The position numbers and the translations under genes were made by a program. Below, piece by piece: positions 39,200 to 52,042 of a stretch of 64,000 nucleotides of DNA. The DNA comes from Eledone cirrhosa. Its lineage: Eukaryota. Position 1 is the first letter of the stretch, and the number at the start of each line of letters is the position of its first letter. The stretch spans positions 202,120,001 to 202,184,000 of the forward strand of contig OZ024740.1 of NCBI GenBank assembly GCA_964016885.1, read 5' to 3'. Below the pieces are notes generated by a model. It searched no databases and was not told the origin of the DNA. It was given only the letters and a program-made list of their open reading frames with translations.

Positions 39200-42100
39200 T
39201 AGAGAGACACTGATGGCAGGGTGTAATGGAAGAGAGACAGTGGTGGTAGGGTGTAATGGAAGAGAGACTGTGATGGCAGGGTGTAATGGAAGAGAGACAG
39301 TGGTGGCAGGGTGTAGTGGAAGAGAGACAGTGGTGGCAGGGTGTTGTGGAAGAGAGACAGTGGTGGCAGGGTGTAATGGAAGAGAAACAGTGGTGGCAGG
39401 ATGTAATGGAAGAGAGACAGTGGTGGCAGGGTGTTGTGGAAGAGAGAGAGTGGTGGCATGGTGTAATGGAAGAGAGACAGTGGTGGTAGGGTGTAATGGA
39501 AGAGAGACTGTGATGGCAGGGTGTTGTGGAAGAGAGATAGTGGTGGCAGGGTGTTGTGGAAGAGAGACAGTGATGGCAGGGTGTTGTGGAAGAGAGACAG
39601 TGGTGGCAGGGTGTTGTGGAAGAGAGACAGTGGTGGCAGGGTGTTGTGGAAGAGAGACAGTGGTGGCAGGGTGTAATGGAAGAGAGACAGTGATGGCAGG
39701 GTGTTGTGGAAGAGAGACAGTGGTGGCAGGGTGTTGTGGAAGAGAGACAGTGGTGGCAGGGTGTTGTGGAAGAGAGACAGTGGTGGCAGGGTGTTGTGGA
39801 AGAGAGACAGTGGTGGCAGGGTGTAATGGAAGAGAGACAGTGGTGGCAGGGTGTAATGGAAGAGAGACAGTGGTGGCAGGGTGTAGTGGAAGAGAGAGAG
39901 TGGTGGTAGGGTGTAATGGAAGAGAGACAGTGGTGGTAGGGTGTACTAGAAGAGAGACAGTGGTGGCAGGATGTAATGGAAGAGAGACAGTGGTGGCAGG
40001 GTGTTGTGGAAGAGAGACAGTGGTGGCAGGGTGTTGTGGAAGAGAGACAGTGGTGGCAGGGTGTAATGGAAGAGAGACAGTGGTGGCAGGATGTAATGGA
40101 AGAGAGACAGTGATGGTAGGGTGTAATGGGAGAGAGACAGTGGTGGCAGGGTGTTGTGGAAGAGAGACAGTGGTGGCAGGGTGTTGTGGAAGAAAGACAG
40201 TGGTGGCAGGGTGTTGTGGAAGAGAGACAGTGGTGGCAGGGTGTAATGGAAGAGAGACAGTGGTGGCAGGGTGTAATGGAAGAGAGACAGTGGTGGCAGG
40301 GTGTTGTGGAAGAGAGACAGTGGTGGCAGGGTGTAATGGAAGAGAGACAGTGGTGGCAGGGTGTTGTGGAAGAGAGACAGTGATGGTAGGGTGTAATGGG
40401 AGAGAGACAGTGGTGGCAGGGTGTTGTGGAAGAGAGACAGTGGTGGCAGGGTGTTGTGGAAGAAAGACAGTGGTGGCAGGGTGTTGTGGAAGAGAGACAG
40501 TGGTGGCAGGGTGTAATGGAAGAGAGACAGTGGTGGCAGGGTGTAATGGAAGAGAGACAGTGGTGGCAGGGTGTAATGGAAGAGAGACAGTGGTGGCAGG
40601 GTGTAATGGAAGAGAGACAGTGATGGCAGGGTGTTGTGGAAGAGAGACAGTGGTGGCAGGGTGTTGTGGAAGAGAGACAGTGGTGGCAGGGTGTTGTGGA
40701 AGAGAGACAGTGGTGGCAGGGTGTAATGGAAGAGAGACAGTGGTGGCAGGGTGTTGTGGAAGAGAGACAGTGGTGGCAGGGTGTTGTGGAAGAGAGACAG
40801 TGGTGGCAGGGTGTTGTGGAAGAGAGACAGTGGTGGCAGGGTGTAATGGAAGAAAGACAGTGGTGGCAGGGTGTAATGGAAGAGAGACAGTGGTGGCAGG
40901 GTGTAATGGGAGAGAGACAGTGGTGGCAGGGTGTAATGGAAGAGAGACAGTGGTGGCAGGGTGTAATGGAAGAGAGACAGTGGTGGCAGGGTGTAATGGA
41001 GGAGAAACAGTGGTGGCAGGGTGTAATGGAAGAGAGACAGTGGTGGCAGGGTGTAATGGAAGAGAGACAGTGGTGGCAGGGTGCAATGGAAGAGAGACAG
41101 TGGTGGCAGGGTGTAATGGAAGAGAGACAGTGATGGCAGGGTGTTGTGGAAGAGAGACAGTGGTGGCAGGGTGTTGTGGAAGAGAGACAGTGGTGGCAGG
41201 GTGTTGTGGAAGAGAGACAGTGGTGGCAGGGTGTTGTGGAAGAGAGACAGTGGTGGCAGGGTGTTGTGGAAGAGAGACAGTGGTGGCAGGGTGTAGTGGA
41301 AGAGAGAGAGTGGTGGCAGGGTGTAATGGAAGAGAGACAGTGGTGGCAGGGTGTAGTGGAAGAGAGACAGTGGTGGCAGGGTGTAATGGAAGAGAGACAG
41401 TGGTGGCAGGGTGTTGTGGAAGAGAGACAGTGGTGGCAGGGTGTAATGGAAGAGAGACAGTGGTGGTAGGGTGTAATGGAAGAGAGACAGGGGTGGCAGG
41501 GTGTAATGGAAGAGAGACAGTGGTGGCAGGGTGTTGTGGAAGAGAGACAGTGGTGGCAGGGTGTTGTGGAAGAGAGACAGTGGTGGCAGGGTGTTGTGGA
41601 AGAGAGACAGTGGTGGCAGCGTGTTGTGGAAGAGAGACAGTGGTGGCAGGGTGTAATGGAAGAGAGACAGTGGTGGCAGGGTGTAATGGAAGAGAGACAG
41701 TGGTGGCAGGGTGTTGTGGAAGAGAGACAGTGGTGGCAGGGTGTAATGGAAGAGAGACAGTGGTGGCAGGGTGTTGTGGAAGAGAGACAGTGATGGTAGG
41801 GTGTAATGGGAGAGAGACGGTGGTGGCAGGGTGTAATGGAAGAGAGACAGTGGTGGCAGGGTGTTGTGGAAGAGAGACAGTGGTGGCAGGGTGTTGTGGA
41901 AGAGAGACAGTGGTGGCAGGGTGTTGTGGAAGAGACACAGTGGTGGCAGGGTGTTGTGGAAGAAAGACAGTGGTGGCAGGGTGTTGTGGAAGAGAGACAG
42001 TGGTGGCAGGGTGTAATGGAAGAGAGACAGTGGTGGCAGGGTGTAATGGAAGAGAGACAGTGGTGGCAGGGTGTTGTGGAAGAGAGACAGTGGTGGCAGG

Positions 42101-45100
42101 GTGTAATGGAAGAGAGACAGTGGTGGCAGGGTGTTGTGGAAGAGAGACAGTGGTGGCAGGGTGTAGTGGAAGAGAGACAGTGGTGGCAGGGTGTAATGGA
42201 AGAGAGACAGTGGTGGCAGGGTGTTGTGGAAGAGAGACAGTGGTGGCAGGGTGTTGTGGAAGAGAGACAGTGGTGGCAGGGTGTTGTGGAAGAGAGACAG
42301 TGGTGGCAGGGTGTTGTGGAAGAGAGACAGTGGTGGCAGGGTGTAGTGGAAGAGAGACAGTTGTGGCAGTGTGTTGTGGAAGAGAGACAGTGGTGGCAGG
42401 GTGTAATGGAAGAGAGACAGTGGTGGCAGGGTGTAATGGAAGAGAGACAGTGGTGGCAGGGTGTAATGGAAGAGAGACAGTGGTGGCAGGGTGTAGTGGA
42501 AGAGAGACAGTGGTGGCAGGGTGTAATGGAAGAGAGACAGTGGTGGCAGGGTGTTGTGGAAGAGAGACAGTGGTGGCAGGGTGTAGTGGAAGAGAGAGAG
42601 TGGTGGCAGGGTGTAATGGAAGAGAGACAGTGGTGGCAGGGTGTAATGGAAAAGAGACAGTGGTGGCAGGGTGTAATGGAAGAGAGACAGTGGTGGCAGG
42701 GTGTAATGGAAGAGAGACAGTGGTGGCAGGGTGTAATGGAAGAGAGACAGTGGTGGCAGGGTGTAGTGGAAGAGAGACAGTGGTGGCAGGGTGTAATGGA
42801 AGAGAGACAGTGGTGGCAGGGTGTTGTGGAAGAGAGACAGTGGTGGCAGGGTTTTGTGGAAGAGAGACAGTGGTGGCAGGGTGTAATGGAAGAGAGACAG
42901 TGGTGGCAGGGTGTAATGGAAGAGAGACAGTGGTGGCAGGGTGTAATGGAAGAGAGACAGTGGTGGCAGGGTGTAATGGAAGAGAGACAGTGGTGGCAGG
43001 GTGTAGTGGAAGAGAGACAGTGGTGGCAGGGTGTAATGGAAGAGAGACAGTGGTGGCAGGGTGTTGTGGAAGAGAGACAGTGGTGGCAGGGTGTAATGGA
43101 AGAGAGACAGTGGTGGCAGGGTGTAATGGAAGAGAGACAGTGGTGGCAGGGTGTAGTGGAAGAGAGACAGTGGTGGCAGGGTGTAATGGAAGAGAGACAG
43201 TGGTGGCAGGGTGTAATGGAAGAGAGACAGTGGTGGCAGGGTGTAATGGAAGAGAGACAGTGGTGGCAGGGTGTAGTGGAAGAGAGACAGTGGTGGCAGG
43301 GTGTAGTGGAAGAGAGACAGTGGTGGCAGGGTGTTGTGGAAGACAGACAGTGGTGGCAGGGTGTAATGGAAGAGAGACAGTGGTGGCAGGGTGTAATGGA
43401 AGAGAGACAGTGGTGGCAGGGTGTTGTGGAAGAGAGACAGTGGTGGCAGGGTGTAATGGAAGAGAGACAGTGGTGGCAGGGTGTAATGGAAGAGAGACAG
43501 TGGTGGCAGGGTGTAATGGAAGAGAGACAGTGGTGGCAGGGTGTAGTGGAAGAGAGACAGTGGTGGCAGGGTGTAATGGAAGAGAGACAGTGGTGGCAGG
43601 GTGTAGTGGAAGAGAGACAGTGGTGGCAGGGTGTAATGGAAGAGAGACAGTGGTGGCAGGGTGTTGTGGAAGAGAGACAGTGGTGGCAGGGTGTAATGGA
43701 AGAGAGACAGTGGTGGCAGGGTGTAATGGAAGAGAGACAGTGGTGGCAGGGTGTAATGGAAGAGAGACAGTGGTGGCAGGGTGTAGTGGAAGAGAGACAG
43801 TGGTGGCAGGGTGTAATGGAAGAGAGACAGTGGTGGCAGGGTGTAATGGAAGAGAGACAGTGGTGGCAGGGTGTTGTGGAAGAGAGACAGTGGTGGCAGG
43901 GTGTAATGGAAGAGAGACAGTGGTGGCAGGGTGTAATGGAAGAGAGACAGTGGTGGCAGGGTGTAGTGGAAGAGAGACAGTGGTGGCAGGGTGTAATGGA
44001 AGAGAGACAGTGGTGGCAGGGTGTAATGGAAGAGAGACAGTGGTGGCAGGGTGTAATGGAAGAGAGACAGTGGTGGCAGGGTGTTGTGGAAGAGAGACAG
44101 TGGTGGCAGGGTGTAGTGGAAGAGAGACAGTGGTGGCAGGGTGTAATGGAAGAGAGACAGTGGTGGCAGGGTGTAATGGAAGAGAGACAGTGGTGGCAGG
44201 GTGTAATGGAAGAGAGACAGTGGTGGCAGGGTGTAATGGAAGAGAGACAGTGGTGGCAGGGTGTAATGGAAGAGAGACAGTGGTGGCAGGGTGTAATGGA
44301 AGAGAGACAGTGGTGGCAGGGTGTAATGGAAGAGAGACAGTGGTGGCAGGGTGTAATGGAAGAGAGACAGTGGTGGCAGGGTGTAGTGGAAGAGAGACAG
44401 TGGTGGCAGGGTGTAATGGAAGAGAAACAGTGGTGGCAGGGTGTTGTGGAAGAGAGACAGTGGTGGCAGGGTGTAATGGAAGAGAGACAGTGGTGGCAGG
44501 GTGTAATGGAAGAGAGACAGTGGTGGCAGGGTGTAATGGAAGAGAGACAGTGGTGGCAGGGTGTAGTGGAAGAGAGGCAGTGGTGGTAGGGTGTAATGTA
44601 AGAGAGACAGTGGTGGTAGGGTGTTGTGGAAGAGAGACAGTGGTGGCAGGGTGTTGTGGAAGAGAGATAGTGGTGGCAGGGTGTAGTGGAAGAGAGACAG
44701 TGGTGGCAGGGTGTAATGGAAGAGAGACAGTGGTGGTAGGGTGTTGTGGAAGAGAGACAGTGGTGGCAGGGTGTAATGGAAGAGAGACAGTGGTGGCAGG
44801 GTGTTGTGGAAGAGAGACAGTGGTGGCAGGGTGTAATGGAAGAGAGACAGTGGTGGTAGGGTGTAATGGAAGAGAGACAGTGGTGGCAGGGTGTAATGGA
44901 AGAGAGACAGTGGTGGCAGGGTGTTGTGGAAGAGAGACAGTGGTGGCAGGGTGTTGTGGAAGAGAGACAGTGGTGGCAGGGTGTTGTGGAAGAGAGAGAG
45001 TGGTGGTAGGGTGTAATGGAAGAGAGACAGTGGTGGCAGGATGTAATGGAAGAGAGACAGTGATGGTAGGATGTAATGGGAGAGAGACAGTGGTGGCAGG

Positions 45101-46404
45101 GTGTAATGGAAGAGAGACAGTGGTGGCAGGATGTAATGGAAGAGAGACAGTGGTGGCAGGATGTAATGGAAGAGAGACAGTGATGGTAGGGTGTAATGGA
45201 AGAGACAGTGGTGGCAGGGTGTAATGGAAGAGAGACAGTGGTGGCAGGGTGTTGTGGAAGAGAGACAGTGGTGGCAGGGTGTTGTGGAAGAGAGACAGTG
45301 GTGGCAGGGTGTTGTGGAAGAGAGAGAGTGGTGGCAGGGTGTAATGGAAGAGAGACAGTGGTGGCAGGATGTAATGGAAGAGAGACAGTGATGGTAGGGT
45401 GTAATGGAAGAGAGACAGTGGTGGCAGGGTGTTGTGGAAGAGAGACAGTGGTGGCAGGGTGTTGTGGAAGAAAGACAGTGGTGGTAGGGTGTAATGGGAG
45501 AGAGACAGTGGTGGCAGGGTGTAATGGAAGAGAGACAGTGGTGGCAGGGTGTAATGGAAGAGAGACAGTGGTGGCAGGGTGTTGTGGAAGAGAAACAGTG
45601 GTGGCAGGGTGTTGTGGAAGAGAGAGAGTGGTGGCAGGGTGTAATGGAAGAGAGACAGTGGTGGCAGGATGTAATGGAAGAGAGACAGTGATGGTAGGGT
45701 GTAATGGAAGAGAGACAGTGGTGGCAGGGTGTTGTGGAAGAGAGACAGTGGTGGCAGGGTGTTGTGGAAGAAAGACAGTGGTGGTAGGGTGTAATGGGAG
45801 AGAGACAGTGGTGGCAGGGTGTAATGGAAGAGAGACAGTGGTGGCAGGGTGTTGTGGAAGAGAAACAGTGGTGGCAGGGTGTTGTGGAAGAGAGACAGTG
45901 GTGGCAGGGTGTTGTGGAAGAGAGACAGTGGTGGCAGGGTGTTGTGGAAGAGAGACAGTGGTGGCAGGGTGTAGTGGAAGAGAGAGAGTGGTGGTAGGGT
46001 GTAATGGAAGAGAGACAGTGGTGGCAGGGTGTAGTGGAAGAGAGAGAGTGGTGGTAGGGTGTAATGGAAGAGAGACAGTGGTGGCAGGGTGTAATGGAAG
46101 AGAGACAGTGGTGGCAGGGTGTTGTGGATGAGAGACAGTGGTGGTAGGGTGTAATGGAAGAGAGACAGTGGTGGCAGGGTGTTGTGGAAGAGAGAGAGTG
46201 GTGGCAGGGTGTAATGGAAGAGAGACAGTGGTGGTAGGGTGTAATGGAAGAGAGACAGTGGTGGCAGGGTGTAATGGAAGAGAGACAGTGGTGGCAGGGT
46301 GTAATGGAAGAGAGACAGTGGTGGCAGGATGTAATGGAAGAGAGACAATGGTGGCTGGGTGTAATGGAAGAGAGACAGTGGTGGCAGGGTGTAATGGAAG
46401 AGAC
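39200..46404. repeat. 7.2-kb 30-bp minisatellite (~240 units) in the last DCAF8 intron
   Basis: Unit GGAAGAGAGACAGTGGTGGCAGGGTGT(AA/TG/AG)T; a single 2-bp deletion near 45203. Confidence 0.99.
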
Positions 46405-46434
46405 AATATTTTTATAAATTCTACATTCACTTAC

Positions 46435-46536
46435 CCTTCTGCTTTGGAGATTCATCAAATACAATAACATATGGTTATCAATCTCTGGTTCTTGAACTCT
46501 TTCAATTTCTCTTTGTCTGTGATTCATTCTCATTAT
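46435..46536 (-). CDS. DCAF8: DCAF8 penultimate exon (IMRMNHRQREIERVQEPEIDNHMLLYLMNLQSRR)
   Basis: gttgtag acceptor, gtaagt donor, 102 nt, phase 0/0. Aligns by eye to DCAF8 VIKKNKRERDED...FDSHMLWFLMHHLRQRR. Confidence 0.85.
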
Positions 46537-46674
46537 CTACAACAGACAGATGATAAGTTAGACAACAGTGACAAGGAAAGATCTACAGGAGTTTTGACAA
46601 CAATATATATGGCAATGGTTGTGATGGTCACATGGCGAAAAGTGCCCAGCCCACACTTTAAAGTGGTCGTGTAA

Positions 46675-47170
46675 AACAGACGCAAAAAGCACCCAGCACT
46701 CACTGTAAATGTGGTTGACTCTAGGAAAGGCATCCAGCCGTAGAAAACCAGCCAGGAACAGTCATGTATGAGTGAGACACGGTCACCCGACCCAACTTGC
46801 CTCTAAATTGGACAAACCTGTCTTACCCATGCTAGCATGGAAGATGGACGGTAAGATGAAGGCAAGGAAAAAGTTAGTTACCTGGAGCAATTCTCATCTC
46901 CAAGTTATGCATCCTATTCATCATCATGATCATTTTACGTCCATTTTTCCATGCTAGCATGGGTCAGACGAGTTGTCCTGTTGTGGACAATGCTAGGTCA
47001 GGTGACCATGTCTTGCTCATACAGAACTGATTTTGGCTTGGTATCTACAGCTGGATGCCCTTCCTAATACTGTCATTTATAGTAAGTACTGGGTGCTTTT
47101 TGCCGTGTGGCCTACACATCCACTTTACAGTGTGGACTGGGTGCTTTTTGTCGTAACACCTACACAACCA
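46675..47170. mobile_element. Tail-to-tail pair of RTE-tail-derived repeats
   Basis: Plus copy 46675-46855 and minus copy 46918-47170 share ggaaggcatccagc.gtaga and acccatgctagcatggaa. Confidence 0.75.
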
Positions 47171-47524
47171 TATTGAGTAATGTTACTTAGGAGGAACCCC
47201 ATTTCTGTTGCTTGTATTCACAATTATATTCTTTCACTCATTACCCAAGATTCATGACCTTATGTAAGGGTGAGCACAAACACCAAATTAAAGATAGTAG
47301 GTTTGTCTTTTACAGCTACCTCCCTTCTTCTGATGACCAATTGCTGATAGGTTAATTACCTTAAGTTCCTCATGTTCGGAAGTCATCGTATTTCCTGCTA
47401 TTTTTAAGATTGTTCTAAAAAGGGGTTGCTATTTGTACATCACTGTTGATTTATTGGATTTCTACATTTATTTTTTCCCTGTAATCTTTGATTTGTATGG
47501 AACTTTACCTTTATATATATATAT

Positions 47525-48207
47525 AAGAGGAACGAAGCTTGCATGCTCCGCTGGATGTGTAACAGTAATATACGTGAACGGCAAAGCATAAACGAACTAA
47601 GGAAAAAATTAGAGATAAGAGGGATCAGATGTTGTTTACTCGAGAGAAGGCTACGTTGGTATGGACACGTGATGCGCATGAAAGTCGATAGCTGTATAAC
47701 AAAGTGCAGGGCAATAAAGATAGACGGTAGTCACGGAATAGGCAGACCTAGAAAAACCTGGGACGAGCTGATAAACTCCGACATCACACACTTACACCTC
47801 TCCAAGACAATGTCACTGGACCGAGACCTTTGGCGGTACTCAGTAACAGAGAAGACCCGCCTTACCTAAATATATAGTAAAACCTACTCCAGCCAGTAGG
47901 CATCTCTAACAAAATACACCCCGTCCCACCACCCCCGCCCCCACCCCATCCACACCACCCCGTTCTATGTAAAGTTATGTTGGTGCCGCGCCATCGAGGC
48001 CGAAACAAATGAGATCGTGTAGGTGTCACGACAAAAAAACACACAGTCCACGCTGTAATGTGGCCGTGTAGGCAACACGGTAAAAACCTGCCAGACAGTC
48101 CTATGCGAGCAAGACAATCACTCTTGCCTCAAGTGGGACTACCCCCGTCCAAACCCATGCAAGCGTGGAACACGGACGTTAAACGTTGATGATGATGATG
48201 ATGATGA
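47525..48207 (+). mobile_element. 5'-truncated RTE LINE
   Basis: MLRWMC...RRLRWYGHVMRM...GRPRKTW, followed by the 3' UTR and a (GAT)n tail. Confidence 0.92.
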
Positions 48208-48286
48208 TATACACACACACAAACATATATATATATACACACAAACATATATATATATATACACAAACATATATATATACACAAAC

Positions 48287-48317
<31 letters not shown>

Positions 48318-48320
48318 AAC

Positions 48321-48363
<43 letters not shown>

Positions 48364-48367
48364 AACA

Positions 48368-51300
48368 TCAATGTAAGCACAATGAAAGGAAGAGCAGGAG
48401 AAATCGTAAAGATGCTAGAGCAATAGGAAATTGATGTATGCTGTATGCAAGAGACTAGATGGAGAGGAGAGTCTGCTAGACTCCTTGTAGGAAAAAGTCA
48501 GTGCTACAAATTTTTCTGGGTGGGAAATGACGATGGGATGGGTGGTGTAGATATCCTACTAGCTGACAAGTGGGTAGGTAAGGTACAGGGTGAATGCAAG
48601 AATCATTAAACTCAGACTAGTCCTGAATAAAACAATTACCACAATAATATCAGGTTACGCACCCCAATCGGAGTTGCCAGACAAACTTAAGGATAGGTTT
48701 TACGAGTCCCTAATGCACACTACTGCTCTAACAAACGACAATGACTTCCTAATCATCGCAGGAGATTTTAACGGACACGTAGGTAAACACCGTGACGGCT
48801 TCTATAGAGTCCATGGAGGCCATGGGATTGGCACAAGAAATGAAGAAGGCTTCAAGCTTCTAGAATTCTGCGACGCCAATGACATGACAGATGGACGGTC
48901 GTAAACACAAAAGCCTTCCCTAGTGAGGAATGTTCCTCCGAACATAGCTTAGTTGTCAGCCACCTCACGGTCAGAACTAGACGAACCTGGAAACAGAGGC
49001 CAACCTGGAGAAGAAAGATCTGAAAGCTGAAAGACCCCTCAGCCAGTAACAGATTTAAAGATATTTTACTCAACACCTATGACAGTAAAGAAGAACAGAT
49101 AGAGACATTCAATGTAGAAGAGCACTGGGAGTTCCTAAAAAATAACTTACTAAAGGTGACGGATGAGATCTGTGGCTGGAGTAAGACTACAGGCAGGAGG
49201 AGAGTGACTTGGTGGTGGAACAATAAGGTAGATGAGGCAGTTAAGGCCAAGAGACAGGCATGGAAAGAATGGAAGAACGGGGGAAGCAGGGTACATTACA
49301 TGGAGACCAGGAGGGAAGTTAGACAACAAGTATACTTAGCTAGGAGGGAAGCAGAGGATAGAAAATTCAAGCATGTTTTGCAACGTGAGGACCAGAAACA
49401 GGAGGTATTCAAGATTGCGAGGCAGTGTGTCAGAAAGAATTGAGATGTCATTGAAGAGAAGTGTATCCGGAATGATAAAGGTGAGCTTGCCCTCACAAGT
49501 GCTGAGAAGACAGATGCGTGGAAGAACCATTATGATAGATTACTAAATGAGGAGAATGCATGGGAGGAAGAGACCCTACCGCAAGTAGAACCTATAGAGG
49601 GGCCAGCAGTACAAGTCAGCAGTAGCGTAGTAAGTAAGGCAATCAAAGATATGAAGACGGGGAAGGCAACCGGTCCATCAGGTATAGCTGCCGAGATGCT
49701 GAAGGCATCTGGGTCTGTAGGTCACACTATAACCACACGTATTGTTAACCAGGTAATACTAGGTGTCATACCAAAGGATTGGTGCAGTAGTATCATTGTC
49801 AACTGCTACAAAGATAAAGGTGATGCACTAGATAGAGGAAACTATAGAGGTATAAAGCTGATGGACCAGGTCATGAAAGTAACAGAAAGAGTTATAGCAC
49901 AGTTGATTAGGGACCGGGTGAAACTAGATGAGATGCAATTTGGGTTTGTACCAGGAAGAGGCACCACTGATGCCCTCTTCCTTGTGAGGCAGTTACAGGA
50001 AAAGTACCTAGCTAAAAGTAAGCCACTCTACCTGGCATTCGTCAATCTCGAGAAAGCCTTTGACAGAGTTCCACGTGCTGTAATCTGGTGGGCTCTTAGA
50101 AAACTAGGAGTAGATGAATGGCTTGTGAAAGCTGTACAAACCATGTATAGGGGAGCAGTCAGCATAGTTAGGATTAGCAATGACTATAGTGAGGAATTTA
50201 GCGTACAGATAGGTGTCCACCAGGACTCTGTACTTAGCCCTCTCCTGTTCATCATAGTTCTGCAGGCAATAACGGAGGAGTTTAAGACCGGATGCCCATG
50301 GGAACTCCTGTATGCAGATGACCTCGCACTTATAGCTGAATCTATGGTAGAACTAGAGAAGAAATTCCAAACTTGGAAGCAGGGACTAGAAAGAAAGGGT
50401 CTCAAAGTCAACCTGACAAAAACTAAGGTCCTTGTAAGTAGACGAGAAAACAGAACCCAGATCCCCTCAGGGAAATGGCCTTGCTCAGTATGTAGGAAAG
50501 GTGTAGGTAGGAACTCCATTCTCTGCTCCAAATGCAAACAATGGGTACACAAGAGATGTAGCGGGATCTCAGGAAGCTTAACTAAGAATGAAGGCTTCAC
50601 ATGCAGCAGCTGTGCTGGGACAGCAAGCAGCAAACAGCCACAGGAAACAAGTATCACCAAACTCTGGGAGGGCTCTGTACAAACAGTAGACAGCTTCTGC
50701 TACCTAGATGACCGAATTAGCCGCGGAGGTGGGTGTTCGGAAAGTACAATAACTACGGTAAGAACGGGATGGAAGAAATTCAGGGAACTACTGCCACTGC
50801 TAGCTGCAAAAGCTTCTCCCTCAAAATGAAAGGCAGACTGTATGATGCGTGTATCCAAACAGCAATGTTACATGGTAGTGAGACCTGGGCACTGTCTGTG
50901 GAAGACTTGCGTAGATTAGAAAGAAATGAAGCCTGCATGCTCCGATGGATGTGTAATAGTAATATACGCGAACGGCTAAATGAATTGAGAGAGAGTGAGC
51001 ATAAGAGACTGAGCCGTTTCGACGGCTATTTCTAGTCCAGAAATAGTTGTCGAAACGGCTTGAGCTCTGCTGTCGGGGTCATACTTTCTCCTATTACCCA
51101 CTCTACTACCCATAAATGAATTGAGAGAGACTGAGCATAAGAGGAATCAAATGCCATGTGCAGGAGAGGCAGTTGCGTTGGTATGGACATGTGATACATA
51201 TGAAGGATGACAGCTGCATAAAAAGATGCAGAGCATTAGAAGTCGATGGAAACCGCTGAGTGGGGAGACCCAAGAAGACCTGGGATGATGTGATAAAAGC

Positions 51301-51672
51301 CGACCTTACCCAATTACACCTCTCAAAGGCGATGACACACGACCGTGACCTCTGGTGTCACGCAGTAATACAGAAGACCCGACCCCCCATGGGTACAAGC
51401 CGAGGCTGAAGCATATAGACAATATGCCCCCACACCCTCCCACTGCAAAGTGGTCGTGGGTGTGCCACGGCAAAAAAGCACCCAGCTCACACTGTAAAGT
51501 GGACATGTAAGCGCCATGGAAAAAAGCCCCCAGCACTCACTGTCTATGAGGTTGGTGTTAGGAAGGGCATCCAGCTGTAGAAATCAAGCCAGAATCAGTT
51601 CCCATATGAGCAAGACAACCAATCTAACCCATGCTAGCGTGGAAGAACGGACGTAAACCGGTGATGATGATG
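48368..51672 (+). mobile_element. Near full-length degenerate RTE LINE (APE + RT + PHD-like finger)
   Basis: APE motifs (DVCCMQETRW, GYAPQ, AGDFNGHVG), RT motifs (KATGPSGI, QFGFVPGRGTTDA, LEKAFDRV, LSPLLF, YADD), several stops and frameshifts, (GAT)n tail. Confidence 0.95.
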
Positions 51673-51794
51673 ATATACACACAAACATATATATATATAT
51701 ACACATATATACACACACATACACAAATATGCATATATACACACACACATATGCATATATATACACACACACACATGCATAGATATATATATAT

Positions 51795-51965
51795 AACGAA
51801 GGAGTTGTGGTAAGGAACCAGATGGAGCATAACGCACCAGAGTACTCAATACTTAGGGTAGTAGAGTGGGAAATAGGAGAAAGTATGACCCTGACGGCAG
51901 AGCTCAAGCCGTTTTGACAACTATTTCTGGACTAGAAATAGCCGTCGGGGTCATACTTTCTCCTA
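51795..51965 (-). mobile_element. PLE-type terminus with the 3' half of a hammerhead
   Basis: 13-bp stem II, (G/A)AAA, CGGC/GCCG stem III and GUC; ends in (TA)n; the 5' part is replaced by a fold-back. Confidence 0.65.
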
Positions 51966-52042
51966 TATATATAGAAGATCCCGTTAAGGGTGAAAGCAGC
52001 GATTCTTTGCTTAAACTGTTATTTTAATAAATATATATATAT

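Noticed and set aside
39143-46467. 2000-2400-aa ORFs in several frames as stand-alone protein genes (mucin-, reflectin- or metallothionein-like)
   Set aside because: They are translations of a 30-bp tandem repeat open in four frames at once, inside an intron of DCAF8, with no codon-position bias.
49021-49443. In-frame TGA codons in the RTE as selenocysteine recoding
   Set aside because: They coexist with frameshifts and TAG stops, 49021 sits at a likely Trp position, and I see no SECIS; ordinary decay.
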